Part shown: piece by piece, positions 1 through 10,542 of the stretch
Layout: each line of letters opens with the position of its first letter
Numbering within the stretch: the stretch's first letter is position 1
Source of the DNA: Candidatus Bathyarchaeota archaeon
GTDB lineage: Archaea; Thermoproteota; Bathyarchaeia; Bathyarchaeales; Bathycorpusculaceae
NCBI GenBank assembly: GCA_963827165.1
Contig: CAWGZR010000010.1
Coordinates: 64,001 to 128,000 of the forward strand
Direction: 5' to 3'
Length of the DNA: 64,000 nucleotides
Notes under the pieces: generated by a model
The model's input: the letters and a program-made list of their open reading frames with translations, nothing else
The model's database searches: none
Told to the model about the DNA's origin: nothing
Position numbers and translations under genes: made by a program

Positions 1-338
1 TCGCGTGTTAATGCGATTGCGGCGATAAAAGTGTCTCTGAGCCCTATGGGGTGTCCAGTCTTTTCTAGCTCGGCATGTAGGTGCCCAGCTTTTTGGGCGG
101 ACTTTGATGTTAAGGGCAGAACGGCCATTCTGCGAACTACTTTGCTGATTGCTTGAACATTCTTTTCAGCGTTGTTGGATTTGTGTGCGCCATGGTGAAG
201 CTCAAAAATATTGATTGCTGTTGTGCATAAAATAAAGCGCTCTTTTTCCAGTCGTGTTATTAATATTACTGCTTCTTTTTTGTTTCTCAGAAGATCAATC
301 AGTAGATCGGTGTCGACTATCGTTTTTATGGTTTCCAT
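1..338 (-). CDS. vapC: PIN-domain toxin (VapC family), runs off the window edge
   Basis: Manual translation from ATG 338: METIKTIVDTDLLIDLLR...TTAINIFELHHG...IGLRDTFIAAIALTR; PIN acidic residues present; overlaps the upstream antitoxin stop. Confidence 0.9.
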   Translation of the reverse strand, partial: METIKTIVDTDLLIDLLRNKKEAVILITRLEKERFILCTTAINIFELHHGAHKSNNAEKNVQAISKVVRRMAVLPLTSKSAQKAGHLHAELEKTGHPIGLRDTFIAAIALTR

Positions 339-571
339 GTTTCCCAAACCTTGTTTATTGACGCTTTGATTTCTTTAGCTTCTTGATCGCTTACGTTCCA
401 TGAACCGGCTAAATCTGAAATCTTTGTTCCTTTTTTGTTTCTCCGGATAAGATGTTTCATGGCTTCCTCTATAGAGACGGGCCTTTTCAGTTTGACCTGC
501 ATTTCGCCGGCGATTGCATTTAATTCAGCATATGTTTCTTTGCTAACTTTAATTGCTTTGAGCTCAGTCAT
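326..571 (-). CDS. VapB-type antitoxin
   Basis: 81 aa, N-terminal KAIKVSKETYAEL RHH-like motif, C-terminal LAGSW typical of archaeal VapB; coupled to PIN gene. Confidence 0.8.
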   Translation of the reverse strand: MTELKAIKVSKETYAELNAIAGEMQVKLKRPVSIEEAMKHLIRRNKKGTKISDLAGSWNVSDQEAKEIKASINKVWETWKP

Positions 572-694
572 GGTTTAGCCTCTAGTGGTAAAAGTAGTTA
601 AAAGACACCTATAAACTTGTGCTCAACCGCAAGAACTTAAGTTTCCGATGGAAGCGGGATTTCGGCTTCTTTCCAGACGCTATGTCTCAAATTG

Positions 695-1210
695 TCACAG
701 CGTTTCTAAGAGTTCATATTCAACTTCATCGCTAAACGGCTTAAGTGCCTTTAGCAATCCCTTGTCCAACGTTGCAACAAAGACCTTTTCCTTAGTTTCA
801 TCATAGAGCTGAATAATAAGTGCTATGAGCTCTGGATCGCCCTTCTTTACAGCGTATTCCGGCTTCGCTTCTAGCTTGCTCAAATGCTTCCGGACATTAT
901 CCATTACTTTCGAATATTTTCTATAGTTCACCGTTTCAACTATAATGAGCCCTTGCTCAATAGAAGTGCTAATCCTTACCACAGAATCTGATATTTTGTT
1001 TGCTAATTCTGGAACTGTTTCTTTGATTTTTTCTGCAAACCCTTTTGGTTCGTCAATGACTTCCTGTTGTATCGCTTTTGGGATTATAACTTTGTAGTTT
1101 TCTTTCTTTTTTTGTCGCAAGAAATCGTTCAGTTTCCCTTTTCTATCAAAGAATATGAGAATTGATGAATCTACTACCAGATAACTAGGCATCGAGTACG
1201 CCGGCCTCAT
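695..1210 (-). CDS. PIN-domain protein, probable toxin of a second TA pair
   Basis: LVVDSSILI, IPKAIQQEV, GDPELIAL, ATLDKGL motifs. Confidence 0.8.
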   Translation of the reverse strand: MRPAYSMPSYLVVDSSILIFFDRKGKLNDFLRQKKKENYKVIIPKAIQQEVIDEPKGFAEKIKETVPELANKISDSVVRISTSIEQGLIIVETVNYRKYSKVMDNVRKHLSKLEAKPEYAVKKGDPELIALIIQLYDETKEKVFVATLDKGLLKALKPFSDEVEYELLETL

Positions 1211-1634
1211 CTAGAAGTGAGACAAACTCGTAGTAGGTTATTCCTAAAGTTGCGGCTGCTTGTCTGAAAGTCATCTTTCCAGCTTTCACCTTAGCTGTAA
1301 CTTCGCTTAGCTTGTTAGTTCCTTCATCTCCGAACTTGCCCCTGTATATGTCTGTCATCGTATGTTCCTCGAATGCCTCCATCAGCTTTTCAGGCGAAAC
1401 CTCGAGCTTGAAGTCCACTGCAAAATACACTCGTGTATTGCCCTTTGCCTCGCTCTTAACTGCTCTTGCAGCCTCAAGCTCGCGCAGGTACTTGTAGACT
1501 GTTGGGAGTGGATAGCCTAAATGTTTTCCAATGGCTTCCGCGGCCTCGCCTTTGTGCTTTGCCAAGTGCGCGATTATTTTTGCCTTGTTCGGATTTCCCA
1601 GTGCTCTGAGAATTAAGACCGTTTTTTCAGACAT
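1185..1634 (-). CDS. ArsR-type wHTH with C-terminal UPF0175-like HTH; probable antitoxin
   Basis: LRALGNPNKAKII...PTVYKYLREL; C-terminal GKMTFRQAAATLGITYYEFVSLL; overlaps PIN gene. Confidence 0.7.
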   Translation of the reverse strand: MSEKTVLILRALGNPNKAKIIAHLAKHKGEAAEAIGKHLGYPLPTVYKYLRELEAARAVKSEAKGNTRVYFAVDFKLEVSPEKLMEAFEEHTMTDIYRGKFGDEGTNKLSEVTAKVKAGKMTFRQAAATLGITYYEFVSLLDEAGVLDA

Positions 1635-1799
1635 AAAGTTCAGTTAATAAAATATATAATAGCAACTATAAATGCTTCGGATAAAAACCATCTAAGCTTT
1701 GCAGAATAGTAGTACTGCCAGTTCTGACGCGGATAGGTTGACTGTGAGGTGTGCTGAGCGGTCAAGGCGTGTAGTTTCTTAGTTTTCTGATTTTTGAGG

Positions 1800-2078
1800 T
1801 TATGCAGGTTCTAGGATGATTTCCATGGTTCTGTTTTTTAGGGTTTGTCGGTCTTCTTTTAGCAGGGTAATTGTTACGTGTGGGATGGTGATGTGTCCGT
1901 CTTTTTTCATAGCGCCGAAAAATGTTTCCCTGACTCCGAGTGTATCGGCAAGGCTAATGGTGACTTTTAGGATTTGAGCTGGTTCCAACTTGAACTGCAA
2001 CCTCATTACACTTGGAACTCGCACGCGGTTTTTTTCGCGTAATGGCGCTTTGAAAGTTACTCTTTGATCTAGAGGCAT
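1800..2078 (-). CDS. 92-aa tandem AbrB/SpoVT (MraZ-like) DNA-binding protein, paralog 1
   Basis: Two swapped-hairpin-like motifs (NRVRVPSVMRLQFKLEP, DGHITIPH); same length and MPL...EP ends as genes at 15782 and 25725. Confidence 0.75.
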   Translation of the reverse strand: MPLDQRVTFKAPLREKNRVRVPSVMRLQFKLEPAQILKVTISLADTLGVRETFFGAMKKDGHITIPHVTITLLKEDRQTLKNRTMEIILEPA

Positions 2079-2090
2079 ATTTTCTTCCAG

Positions 2091-2140
2091 TGACTATTTG
2101 ATATGATTTGATACGTTTTAATACGTTTTGGTACGTTTTG
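2091..2140. repeat. 10-bp-period tandem array 1 (unit ~ATACGTTTTG, ~5 copies)
   Basis: tgactatttg atatgatttg atacgtttta atacgttttg gtacgttttg. Confidence 0.8.
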
Positions 2141-2150
2141 AGATCATAGT

Positions 2151-2255
2151 TGCAAATGCTCCAAGCCCCAAACCAAGAAAGCAACCCAAAACACAAGGAA
2201 AATTCGCAGAATTTCCCACACGTTTTTTACTCAACGTTCACCCAAACAGAAAAAG
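2151..2255 (+). repeat. Conserved dispersed element, copy E1
   Basis: TGCAAATGCTCCAAGCCCCAAACCAAGAAAGCAACCCAAAACACAA...; about 100 bp similar to the reverse complement of 25518-25621. Confidence 0.9.
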
Positions 2256-2273
2256 TTATAGCTTTATGCGAGA

Positions 2274-2723
2274 TTGTTATTTTGTGGTTTTATGCAGTTT
2301 TTCACAGTGAAAGATGAATCAAGTGTTAGTCATAAGGTTCTTGTTGTTCCCTTGACTGGTGAGGAGATGAATGAGCTTATGGCTCAATGCAAGACGTGTA
2401 TGCCGTCTATCAATATTTCTTCGATGGTTCAAAATGGGCATCCCTACGTGATCGTGGATTTTGGATCGGGCGGCTCCTACAAAACGGCTTTGGCGTTGGA
2501 TGAGGTGTCTGAGGACGGCGACAAAATCGGCGACGAGCTAGGCGTAGGGGATCTGCTAACGGTTATTTTGACTTCAAACGCCAAACCGCTCAAGGTTTCA
2601 AAAGACAAAGTGTACTTAAATGTTCCATTGAAAGATTTGTTGGCGTTTAGCTTTCTCTTCACAGCCGACATGGCAGAGAACTACGCCTTATTCAAAATGT
2701 ACAAGCAACCAAAAGGCGAATAA
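2274..2723 (+). CDS. Hypothetical protein (likely start ATG ~2292)
   Basis: 149-aa ORF, no recognised motif. Confidence 0.55.
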   Translation: MLFCGFMQFFTVKDESSVSHKVLVVPLTGEEMNELMAQCKTCMPSINISSMVQNGHPYVIVDFGSGGSYKTALALDEVSEDGDKIGDELGVGDLLTVILTSNAKPLKVSKDKVYLNVPLKDLLAFSFLFTADMAENYALFKMYKQPKGE

Positions 2724-2770
2724 CCCAAACAGTTTCTCGCAGGTTCTTTCGGACTGACCCGGTCTTGGCC

Positions 2771-3421
2771 TTATTTCTTTGTCAGGTACGTTACGAACCA
2801 ATCGATTGAGTGTTTAGCGACTTCTTCTAGTTTGCCCGGTTCCTCAAAAAGATGCGTTGCGCCAGAGATAATGACGAGTTTCTTTTGGTCTTGCATCTGC
2901 GCCATCGCCTCCTTATTCAACGCGATAACCTCTGTGTCTAAACCGCCGACCAAAAGAAGAGTTGGCGCTTTCACTTTGGGAAGGTAATCTGCTGCCAGGT
3001 CAGGTCGTCCTCCGCGGGAAACCACGGCGGCGACGTCTTTGGGAAGTTTCGCGGCGCCAATTAGCGCGGCTGCAGCTCCTGTGCTTGCCCCAAAATAGCC
3101 GAAACGGAAATCTTTAGTTTGAGGGTCCGCTTTGAGACGCTTGGTTGCTCCGATTAGGCGCTCTGCAAGCAAGCCGATGTTGAAGCGGTATTCAGCTGTG
3201 AAAGTGTCTTGCTCTTCTTCCTGGCGGGTCAGCAGGTCAAAGAGCAGTGTCCCGATTTTTGCCCTATTAAATTCTTTTGCGACAAACTGGTTTCTTGTGC
3301 TGAACCTGCTGCTTCCGCTTCCATGCGCAAACAACACGATACCTACAGCGCCCACAGGAACAATCAAGTCACCTTCAACAACGACGTCGCCGACGCAAAT
3401 TTTCAGTTCTTGACGAATCAT
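2771..3421 (-). CDS. Dienelactone hydrolase-family alpha/beta hydrolase
   Basis: FAHGSGSSRFS, GYFGASTGAAAAL, GATHLFEEPG. Confidence 0.9.
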   Translation of the reverse strand: MIRQELKICVGDVVVEGDLIVPVGAVGIVLFAHGSGSSRFSTRNQFVAKEFNRAKIGTLLFDLLTRQEEEQDTFTAEYRFNIGLLAERLIGATKRLKADPQTKDFRFGYFGASTGAAAALIGAAKLPKDVAAVVSRGGRPDLAADYLPKVKAPTLLLVGGLDTEVIALNKEAMAQMQDQKKLVIISGATHLFEEPGKLEEVAKHSIDWFVTYLTKK

Positions 3422-4093
3422 GCCTTCACCCTCCCGGCCTGTTTCTCTCTGTCTCCCTCTCGGTTTCGTTTGAGCAGCTCGGTGACTTCGCCGTCGCTTG
3501 TTTGGTCAAAATCCCGATAGAACTGTCCGATAGCGGCAAAGTACTCGGGCGTGTAGAGGCAGACTACGCGGTTGGCTTGCTTTTCTAATTCTTCAATGGT
3601 TGATGGGGGACCGACGGGGACGGCGACGGTTACGGTTTTTGCGCCTCTGTTTTTGACGGATGCCAAGGCTGCTTTCATTGTTGAGCCTGTGGCTATGCCG
3701 TCGTCGACGAGGATTACGTCTTGGCCTTTGAGGTTCGGGTTAGGGTGGTTTTGGCGGTACATTTTGAGTCTGCGTTCAATCTCTTCTTTTTGGCGTTCGC
3801 TTTCCTCTTTGATGTAGGATTCTGAAACCCCAAGGTAATCGACTAAGTTTTCTATCGATTATGGTGGTTCCGTCTTCGGTCATGGCGCCGATTGCTAACT
3901 CGGGGTTGTCAGGTGCGCCTATCTTGTGAGGTATAATCACGTCTAGTGGCAGGTCGAGCGCCTTCGCGATTTCGAAGCCCACAACCACGCCGCCTCGAGG
4001 TATCGCTAGAACAACAGCGTTTTTGCCCTTAAAATCGCTTAAAGCCGCGGCTAGATGTTTTCCCGCATCTACGCGGTTAGAAAAATAAGACAT
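3418..4093 (-). pseudogene. Phosphoribosyltransferase split by one extra base near 3845 (real or sequencing error)
   Basis: N part VLAIPRGG...KIGAPDNPELAIGA; C part ILVDDGIATGSTM; removing one base at AAACTTAGTC restores KLVDYLGVSESYIKEE. Confidence 0.85.
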
Positions 4094-4205
4094 TTTTGTC
4101 CCTCAAAACTTCACTAACAAAGTATTAGGCAGATTGCAATATAAAAACTGTAACAAGATAGGAAAAGCGAAAAGTGGATTTCTTGTTTTTGCGCGGCTGC
4201 AGAGT

Positions 4206-6623
4206 TTAGTCTCTTTTTGTTAGTTGCATGCTGTCTTTGTCGTAGGAGTATTCGCTGAAGCGTTGGCTGTAGTAGAGTCGGAGGTATTCTCCTGCAAAGC
4301 GGGGTTGGAAGGGCAGGTCTTTTGGTGTGAGGCGGCTTTTGGTTTTCAGTTGTTCTTCGATGGCTGCTGCGGCTGTTGGGTAGTTTAGCAAGAATTCTCG
4401 TCGTTCAGCGTAAACGGCTAATGTCTGCACGGCTTCGTCTACGTAAGCTAAGCTTTTGGGCAGGTTCTCCATTACCTGGTTGATTTTGTAGCTTGAAGAG
4501 TTCGCCAGGGTGTCGGTTGCTTTCTTTAGGCGTTCGCGCAGGGTGCTGTTTGACTCCCAGAGGTACTCTTTTGTGGGTAGCAAACGGTCGATTGTGTCTT
4601 CTTCGTTGACTAGTTCGTTGTATAGCATGGAGAGCACGTCTTGGGCGAAGCTTAGGAAAGTTTGAATGTCATCTTTTAAGGATACTACGTCGATGACGCT
4701 TAGTTTTGTTTTTTCGGCTTTCTTTCCAATTATTTGTTTCATTCCTTCGGCTCTCTTGGCGTAGTCGAGCACTCGCGGTAGGTTTGCGCCGAAGACTGGG
4801 GGTAAAAGGTCGCTTTCGCTGGTTAGGTTTGCTATTGGCGAGAGGGAGTCTTTTAGAAGTTTCATCGAAGCTTGGATTTCGGAGCCGTATTGTCTGCTCA
4901 TGTTGTTTAGTGAGTTATACAATGCTTCTATGGCGATCCATGGGGCTTCTTTCTGCTCGATTTTTTGATTTGTGAATTCTATTGCTCTGCTTTTTTCTGG
5001 GAGGCTTGGGTCGTAGAGAGATCTGACGACGAAGTAGATTGGTTCAGTTGCTTGCATGGCGTCTTTTGATAGGGTTCGTCCCGCATCCAAGGTTTGTTTG
5101 ATGGCTTCTATTCTTTGTTCAAGTGTCATGGCTTTTAGGTAATCAGCGTTTAGGTTTGATTTTACGTTTAAGCCGATGTCTTGAAGTTTGCCTACCCAGT
5201 TGGCGTATTCGCAGTTAACGTAAATCTGGTACTCCGCAAGCGTGGCGTTAAGTTCTGAGTCAACCGCCTCAACGTCTAAGGCAATCGTGTCAAGCTCAGC
5301 ATATTTCTTGTCGAGCTCGGCGGGGTCATAAAGCTGCTGCTCCGCTCGTCTAAGGGTGTCTGCAAGTGAGTCTTGCAATATTTGGATTTTTCCTTCCGGA
5401 CCACTCACGATAACGGGGATATTTGCTTTAACGTTCTTTATTTGATCGCTTAAAACCTGCACTTTAGCCATGACCTTTTTTATTTTGTCTGAAAACACGT
5501 CAATTGACATAGTCTGCTTAGGTGTGGTATCTATGAACGCAACTGGCAACGTGAAGAGCAACGTAGCTAGCGTACCCAGAATCAGCGTTCCCGGGGAAGC
5601 GTCTGCGGAAAAAGCCAGAGGTGTCGAAAGTGCACCCACAAGGATATAGAATAAGGCGGCAGCAACGGTGGCTGTGAAAATTGGTAAGAGCCTGTCGCTT
5701 AATCCACCCGAACCTAGACGGATAAGTTGTCTTGAGAAAAAGATTCCGCCCAATGCGAGGCCTACCACGATGACGACAAACATTATCAAGCCTGGCGCTG
5801 AGTCAAGGTACTGCGTCATCGCATTTCCCAAATTGTGTCCGTTCGTGTTTGCGTTTGGGATCCAAGTTAGCTGACCCGTGATCTGGTAAATAACCTGCGA
5901 TACATCATATAATCGGAATTGAGCTATGGATGAGCCAAGTTTCGAAAAGATCTGGCTTAAGGAAACAAAAAGTGGGGGGCTTGTTCCAGGCACGTTCCAC
6001 CAGTCAGATTGAATAATTGGCGAAACCGTAAATTCATAGTACTGAAGAACTTGAAGAGGAACCGCGATCAAGGCGAAATAAACGACTGATAAAGCGGCAT
6101 TTCTTTTGAAGTAAACCGCTGAAGCAAAAAGCAACGGGATCGCCAAAAAATAGGTTGCCGAAGAAGAAAGGCAAGCGACGGCGATTATGCCGATATCAAT
6201 CGCCAAGGCGCTTTTGTAACGGTTAAAAGCTAAAGGCAACGCAATAAACAAAGCCATAAACGCTACGACAAATCCTACCCGAATCTGTTCGCCCCCGAGG
6301 TACGAGATAAAGTAAAGAGGCGGCTGGGAGATGTTGAAGAGCAAGCCTAACCCGATGATGGCGCCGCCTATAGGCATCCCAACAATGGGGTACTGATAAA
6401 CTAAGAATGCCACCAAAACAGCAAGAAAAATGGGCAGTGGAGGCGGAAAAAGCGGCAGAATAGACATCCCAATAGACATAGCTACAAGCGTTACAACGAA
6501 GGTAAGCATTTTCAGCGTTGAAGACTCGTGCTTTTTTCGCTCTATCTCTTTTTCTTTTCTTGCCTGCTTCTGATCTTTGTACCAGGATTTCAATCCCGAT
6601 AATTTAAGGGATGGTCTCTTCAA
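4206..6623 (-). CDS. Large polytopic membrane protein with long helical/coiled-coil cytoplasmic C-terminus
   Basis: About 10 hydrophobic segments in the first ~365 aa, then heptad-rich helical region. Confidence 0.75.
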   Translation of the reverse strand: MKRPSLKLSGLKSWYKDQKQARKEKEIERKKHESSTLKMLTFVVTLVAMSIGMSILPLFPPPLPIFLAVLVAFLVYQYPIVGMPIGGAIIGLGLLFNISQPPLYFISYLGGEQIRVGFVVAFMALFIALPLAFNRYKSALAIDIGIIAVACLSSSATYFLAIPLLFASAVYFKRNAALSVVYFALIAVPLQVLQYYEFTVSPIIQSDWWNVPGTSPPLFVSLSQIFSKLGSSIAQFRLYDVSQVIYQITGQLTWIPNANTNGHNLGNAMTQYLDSAPGLIMFVVIVVGLALGGIFFSRQLIRLGSGGLSDRLLPIFTATVAAALFYILVGALSTPLAFSADASPGTLILGTLATLLFTLPVAFIDTTPKQTMSIDVFSDKIKKVMAKVQVLSDQIKNVKANIPVIVSGPEGKIQILQDSLADTLRRAEQQLYDPAELDKKYAELDTIALDVEAVDSELNATLAEYQIYVNCEYANWVGKLQDIGLNVKSNLNADYLKAMTLEQRIEAIKQTLDAGRTLSKDAMQATEPIYFVVRSLYDPSLPEKSRAIEFTNQKIEQKEAPWIAIEALYNSLNNMSRQYGSEIQASMKLLKDSLSPIANLTSESDLLPPVFGANLPRVLDYAKRAEGMKQIIGKKAEKTKLSVIDVVSLKDDIQTFLSFAQDVLSMLYNELVNEEDTIDRLLPTKEYLWESNSTLRERLKKATDTLANSSSYKINQVMENLPKSLAYVDEAVQTLAVYAERREFLLNYPTAAAAIEEQLKTKSRLTPKDLPFQPRFAGEYLRLYYSQRFSEYSYDKDSMQLTKRD

Positions 6624-6684
6624 GCTACTTACCTAAAACCTTATTTTAGGTGAACCCTTCTTAAAGGTTATGTAGGTACCTCGG

Positions 6685-7854
6685 ATGACGGAGTCTAAAA
6701 AACCATTTAACGTTTTGGACAGTGTTTGGAAGCATATTGAGACTTTAAAGCCGCTGCTTCCGAAGCAAGCAACGGTTTACGTCGGCGAATACCCAATTAA
6801 GGTGCTTTTAAAGCAGCCCTACGTTGACAAAACTGGCGTGACGTTGCAGGTTTTGCTTGGTAAATCAAGCGATGAGGTCTACACGTGGATTCCGAAGGAA
6901 TTTAACCCATTTTTAGTTTTAGGTTTTGAAGACGCAAACATTGAGACTCACTTTTGGTATAACGTTTTGCCGTTTGTTTCAAAGGATGAAACGCTGATTG
7001 ATGGCTTAAAAAAGAAGCATACTGACAAGCTGCATAACGCGATCATGGTTGCTTCAGTTTGGGATGGCATCGGCAGCGCTTCATTGCCCACTTTGATTTC
7101 TAAGTTCAAAGCCGCCAACATCAACTCACTTTCCATAGCGATGTTGCCGTCCAAGATCCAACCTTCAGACGCATATTTCAATGCACTTGCCTCAATGGGA
7201 ATCTGCGCAGACAAAGATAGCGCAACCCTTCTTCTTTTAGAGAGAGACATGCTTGAAAACTACGAAGGCGTCGACAGAGCTGGTTCACTCATAAAAGGCA
7301 ACGTCATCGCCAACTACTTAGTCAACTTGTTTCTTTCTAAAGAAACATTAGTCGAAGAACTAACCGAGCAATCAAGGACATTCAACACAAAAATGTACAC
7401 GGTGCTACTCACCCCCGGGGCAAGCCTAAAAATCTACGGTTCATTTGAAAACGTTTTAGATGCAACCTTACTTAAACCCCTGCTGAACTTCGATTTGTCA
7501 ACCGTTTCATTGCTCTACGCTCTTGTCCGCATGCCTTCAAGCATGAAAGAAAAGCTGCCTAGAGCGAAAATTGAGTTGGCAGTGGCAACTTGGTTTAAGG
7601 AAAAAGCTGACCTGAAATCGATCTACATAGCGGAACCTGTCTATGTTGACGATGCAAGCGACCGTATTGACCTGGTCTTGTTTGTGGGTGGCTTTGAGAC
7701 TGCGGAGATGTTTTTAGATTATGAAAAAAGAGCAAAAAGCCTGAAAAGCCGTGCACTGCAAAAAGGTTTAGTGGACAAAAAAGAGTGGTTGAGTATGATG
7801 AAAAATTTGGGTATAAAGAAGGATGAGGAAACTTCTCCTGAAGTTCCCGCTTAA
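6685..7854 (+). CDS. Degenerate tubulin/FtsZ-fold protein
   Basis: IMVASVWDGIGSASLP...SIAMLPS...FNALASM...LLLLERDML follows the FtsZ/tubulin core; WDGIGSA replaces GGGTGS. Confidence 0.6.
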   Translation: MTESKKPFNVLDSVWKHIETLKPLLPKQATVYVGEYPIKVLLKQPYVDKTGVTLQVLLGKSSDEVYTWIPKEFNPFLVLGFEDANIETHFWYNVLPFVSKDETLIDGLKKKHTDKLHNAIMVASVWDGIGSASLPTLISKFKAANINSLSIAMLPSKIQPSDAYFNALASMGICADKDSATLLLLERDMLENYEGVDRAGSLIKGNVIANYLVNLFLSKETLVEELTEQSRTFNTKMYTVLLTPGASLKIYGSFENVLDATLLKPLLNFDLSTVSLLYALVRMPSSMKEKLPRAKIELAVATWFKEKADLKSIYIAEPVYVDDASDRIDLVLFVGGFETAEMFLDYEKRAKSLKSRALQKGLVDKKEWLSMMKNLGIKKDEETSPEVPA

Positions 7855-7857
7855 TTT

Positions 7858-10542
7858 TTACTTTTTATTGCCGTTATTGGCTGCTACTGCGACGCCGTTT
7901 TGTTGGTTTACTATTTTGATTATGTTTCCGGCTGAGACTCCGTGTTCAAGCAGGTAGCTTCTGGATAGGTGTCTTTCGAAGTCGTTTGATTTGTTGTATA
8001 GTAGCTGCATTTCATCGTATGCTTCCATGTCTTCGGGTCTTCCTCTTCCGCCGATGACTAGCACTCTTGTGGTCCATGCGTCTCGGGATTCGATGACTCG
8101 TACCGTGATGGTTCTTGAAACTTCGCTGGTGACGTAGCCTGCCAGTGCTGTGTAGACTTCTTGGGATAGGTCTTCAGTCCACATGTTGGGCGGCGAAACT
8201 ATGGTGACCCAGATGTAGTCGGTTTTGTAGGTTGGTTTGTATCCCATGATTGTTGGTGTCTTGAAGGCTCTGATTATGCTTCTGATGTAGTCTTTGAAGT
8301 GTTCTAAGTCAAGGATATCCTTGTTGATCACTTCTCTTGTGAGGTTTTCTTCTTGCTCTGTTAGTATCTTGAAGATTATTCTAAGCTGCTCAGTTTCTGT
8401 CAAATCCGCGGATTTTTCGAAGTATTTCTTTGGCGCAGTGATTTCGTTCATAAGTTGTTCATATTCGCTGTTTATGTCAACGATTTTGCCGAGTCGCTTG
8501 CGGTACTCAGAAGTTAATTCAAAACGTTTACCCAATGTCTCGTATAGGTTGATTATGCTGTCAACTTTGTTGAGGTTGTCTAGGGCAAAGCCTTCTTCGG
8601 ATTCTATGCGTTTTAGATCTCGATCAAGCTCCATGAGCTGCTCTCTTGCGTAACGTTTTCCCCCGAAGAGCTTTCTGTTTTGCCGCTCAAGCTTTTCCTT
8701 GTCGAATTCTTTGCGTTTCTTTGTCTCTTGTACTCTCATGACTTCATTTTCGAAGTTGCCTCGGTTCTGCATGCGTCTTGACAATATTTCGTTTATGTAG
8801 GTTACGTGTTCATCGATCATTTTTGCCTCGTCAGCCGGGGTTCTGAGCATGAGCTGGATTATCAGGTAAATGGTTGATAGTTCGGCTTGGATGTCTTTTA
8901 GGTCGTTGAGTTCGTTTTGGCTTTCAGGAAGCACTTGGTAGTATCTTATTAGAGCGTCAGTTAAGTATCGGGTTTCATCGTAGAACTGCTGTAAATCAAG
9001 TGCTCTCTCGGCGATCTCTGCTAAGTTCACTAAATCTTCGAGAATCTTCTTTTGCCTAACAGTGAACACTTGTGAGCTGGGAATCAGTTGGTTGAGCCGT
9101 TCGACGATTATTGCTTTCTTTTCGCGGAATTCCAAGTGGCTCTTCGTTAGGGTGGTGAGTAAAACTTCAAGGTTGTCGAGTTTTCTTGAGCCTTCCTTTT
9201 TCAACGTCAAATTGATAATTGAATCTTCGATGGGACCTGTCTTTCCCATAAGTTTTATGGTTGACAGGAGCTTCATGATTTCATCTAGCCAGTTTTTAAC
9301 CTGTATCTCAACGCCTTTGACGTGTAGTGCCATGTCGTCTTCTAGACGTGGGTTGCTGGTGATTTCGGTTTTCAGTTTGTCTTCGAATTGTTCTTCGTTG
9401 AATGTGCCTGCTTTTATCAGGTAGTTCCTGAAGAGTTCCCGAGTTACGTCGTGGTCGACAGCGATGATGTTGCCGATTTCGTCGAGGATATCCAGTTTTT
9501 CCCTTCGCAGGTCTTGCAGTAGCTGGATGCCTTCGAAGTTGAGTTTGTAGGCTGAAATGTAATCTTCAACTGGGTAAACGACTTTTACCATGCCTAAGGT
9601 ATGTGCTGAATTGTAGGTTAATCCGACTTCTGTGCCGATTCCACCCATTAAGTCTGCTAAGTCAAAGTCCATCAAAACATAAAGCATGTCTACGACCATG
9701 TCGTCCATTTCTCTTCGGGCGCTGACGATGTTTCCTACCTTTGAGTAGGCTGGTAGCAGTGGCAGGTAGATGAGGGCGTTTAATGGGTTTCGGTAGCATT
9801 CGCCGTATTCTTTGACTACGTATTCGTTGTAGTCTTTGTTGAGGAACAGTGATAGCTCATTCATTGATGTGAAGGCTGAGCATCCTTTGGCTGGGGGGTC
9901 GTCTCCGCCGCATGGGGTGACAACGAAGGCTATGATGGCGACGCCTGAACCCAAAACTTTTCGCAGGTGCCTCGCGAAATCAAAGAATACTCCGCTTCCT
10001 GTGCCTCCGCCTAGTCCGTAGCATAAAACTACAGTGGGTGTAATAATCGATGACAATGCTTGTTCTTTGAAGGAGTTTATGCAGTTTTTAATTATTCCGA
10101 GTTGATAGTAGTTCAATGCGTAGATTGCTTTTGCGAGGGCTCGCCGTCTGCCTGCTCCTCCAGCCATCGGTGGAATAGCCATGGTGGTTTCCAGCCACGG
10201 GTGGAAGTCAAGTTTGGCTCCCTCGGCTATGAGATATTCGCCGTATTTTTGGTTGATGAAGTCAAACATTGCCTCGGCGGTTGGGAACTTGACTGACTGG
10301 GCAATCAAGCGCATTCTTTCTGCAGGGATACCGGCTTTAACCATTGATTTTTCGATTCCCTCGTAGGTTTCCTGGAGACTTCTGATTTCTGGGTCAGCGA
10401 TGTCGATGGCTAAAAGAGAGAGTCTTGTGAGGTCACTCTGCAATAGCTCTTTGGTTTTCTTGTGGTTTAGGAAGGTTTCTACAATGTTGGTTCCCGCTGA
10501 ACCGAGTCCGATTACCTGTACGCTATTTTGGTAAATTCTCGT
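7858..10542 (-). CDS. Tubulin/FtsZ-superfamily GTPase (FtsZ-like-1-type) with large coiled-coil insertion
   Basis: GLGGGTGSG signature and GGAGRRR; frame is open upstream of TTG 10443 and encodes VIGLGSAGTNIV; only plausible start is ACG 10542 (or ATT). Confidence 0.8.
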   Translation of the reverse strand, partial: TRIYQNSVQVIGLGSAGTNIVETFLNHKKTKELLQSDLTRLSLLAIDIADPEIRSLQETYEGIEKSMVKAGIPAERMRLIAQSVKFPTAEAMFDFINQKYGEYLIAEGAKLDFHPWLETTMAIPPMAGGAGRRRALAKAIYALNYYQLGIIKNCINSFKEQALSSIITPTVVLCYGLGGGTGSGVFFDFARHLRKVLGSGVAIIAFVVTPCGGDDPPAKGCSAFTSMNELSLFLNKDYNEYVVKEYGECYRNPLNALIYLPLLPAYSKVGNIVSARREMDDMVVDMLYVLMDFDLADLMGGIGTEVGLTYNSAHTLGMVKVVYPVEDYISAYKLNFEGIQLLQDLRREKLDILDEIGNIIAVDHDVTRELFRNYLIKAGTFNEEQFEDKLKTEITSNPRLEDDMALHVKGVEIQVKNWLDEIMKLLSTIKLMGKTGPIEDSIINLTLKKEGSRKLDNLEVLLTTLTKSHLEFREKKAIIVERLNQLIPSSQVFTVRQKKILEDLVNLAEIAERALDLQQFYDETRYLTDALIRYYQVLPESQNELNDLKDIQAELSTIYLIIQLMLRTPADEAKMIDEHVTYINEILSRRMQNRGNFENEVMRVQETKKRKEFDKEKLERQNRKLFGGKRYAREQLMELDRDLKRIESEEGFALDNLNKVDSIINLYETLGKRFELTSEYRKRLGKIVDINSEYEQLMNEITAPKKYFEKSADLTETEQLRIIFKILTEQEENLTREVINKDILDLEHFKDYIRSIIRAFKTPTIMGYKPTYKTDYIWVTIVSPPNMWTEDLSQEVYTALAGYVTSEVSRTITVRVIESRDAWTTRVLVIGGRGRPEDMEAYDEMQLLYNKSNDFERHLSRSYLLEHGVSAGNIIKIVNQQNGVAVAANNGNKK

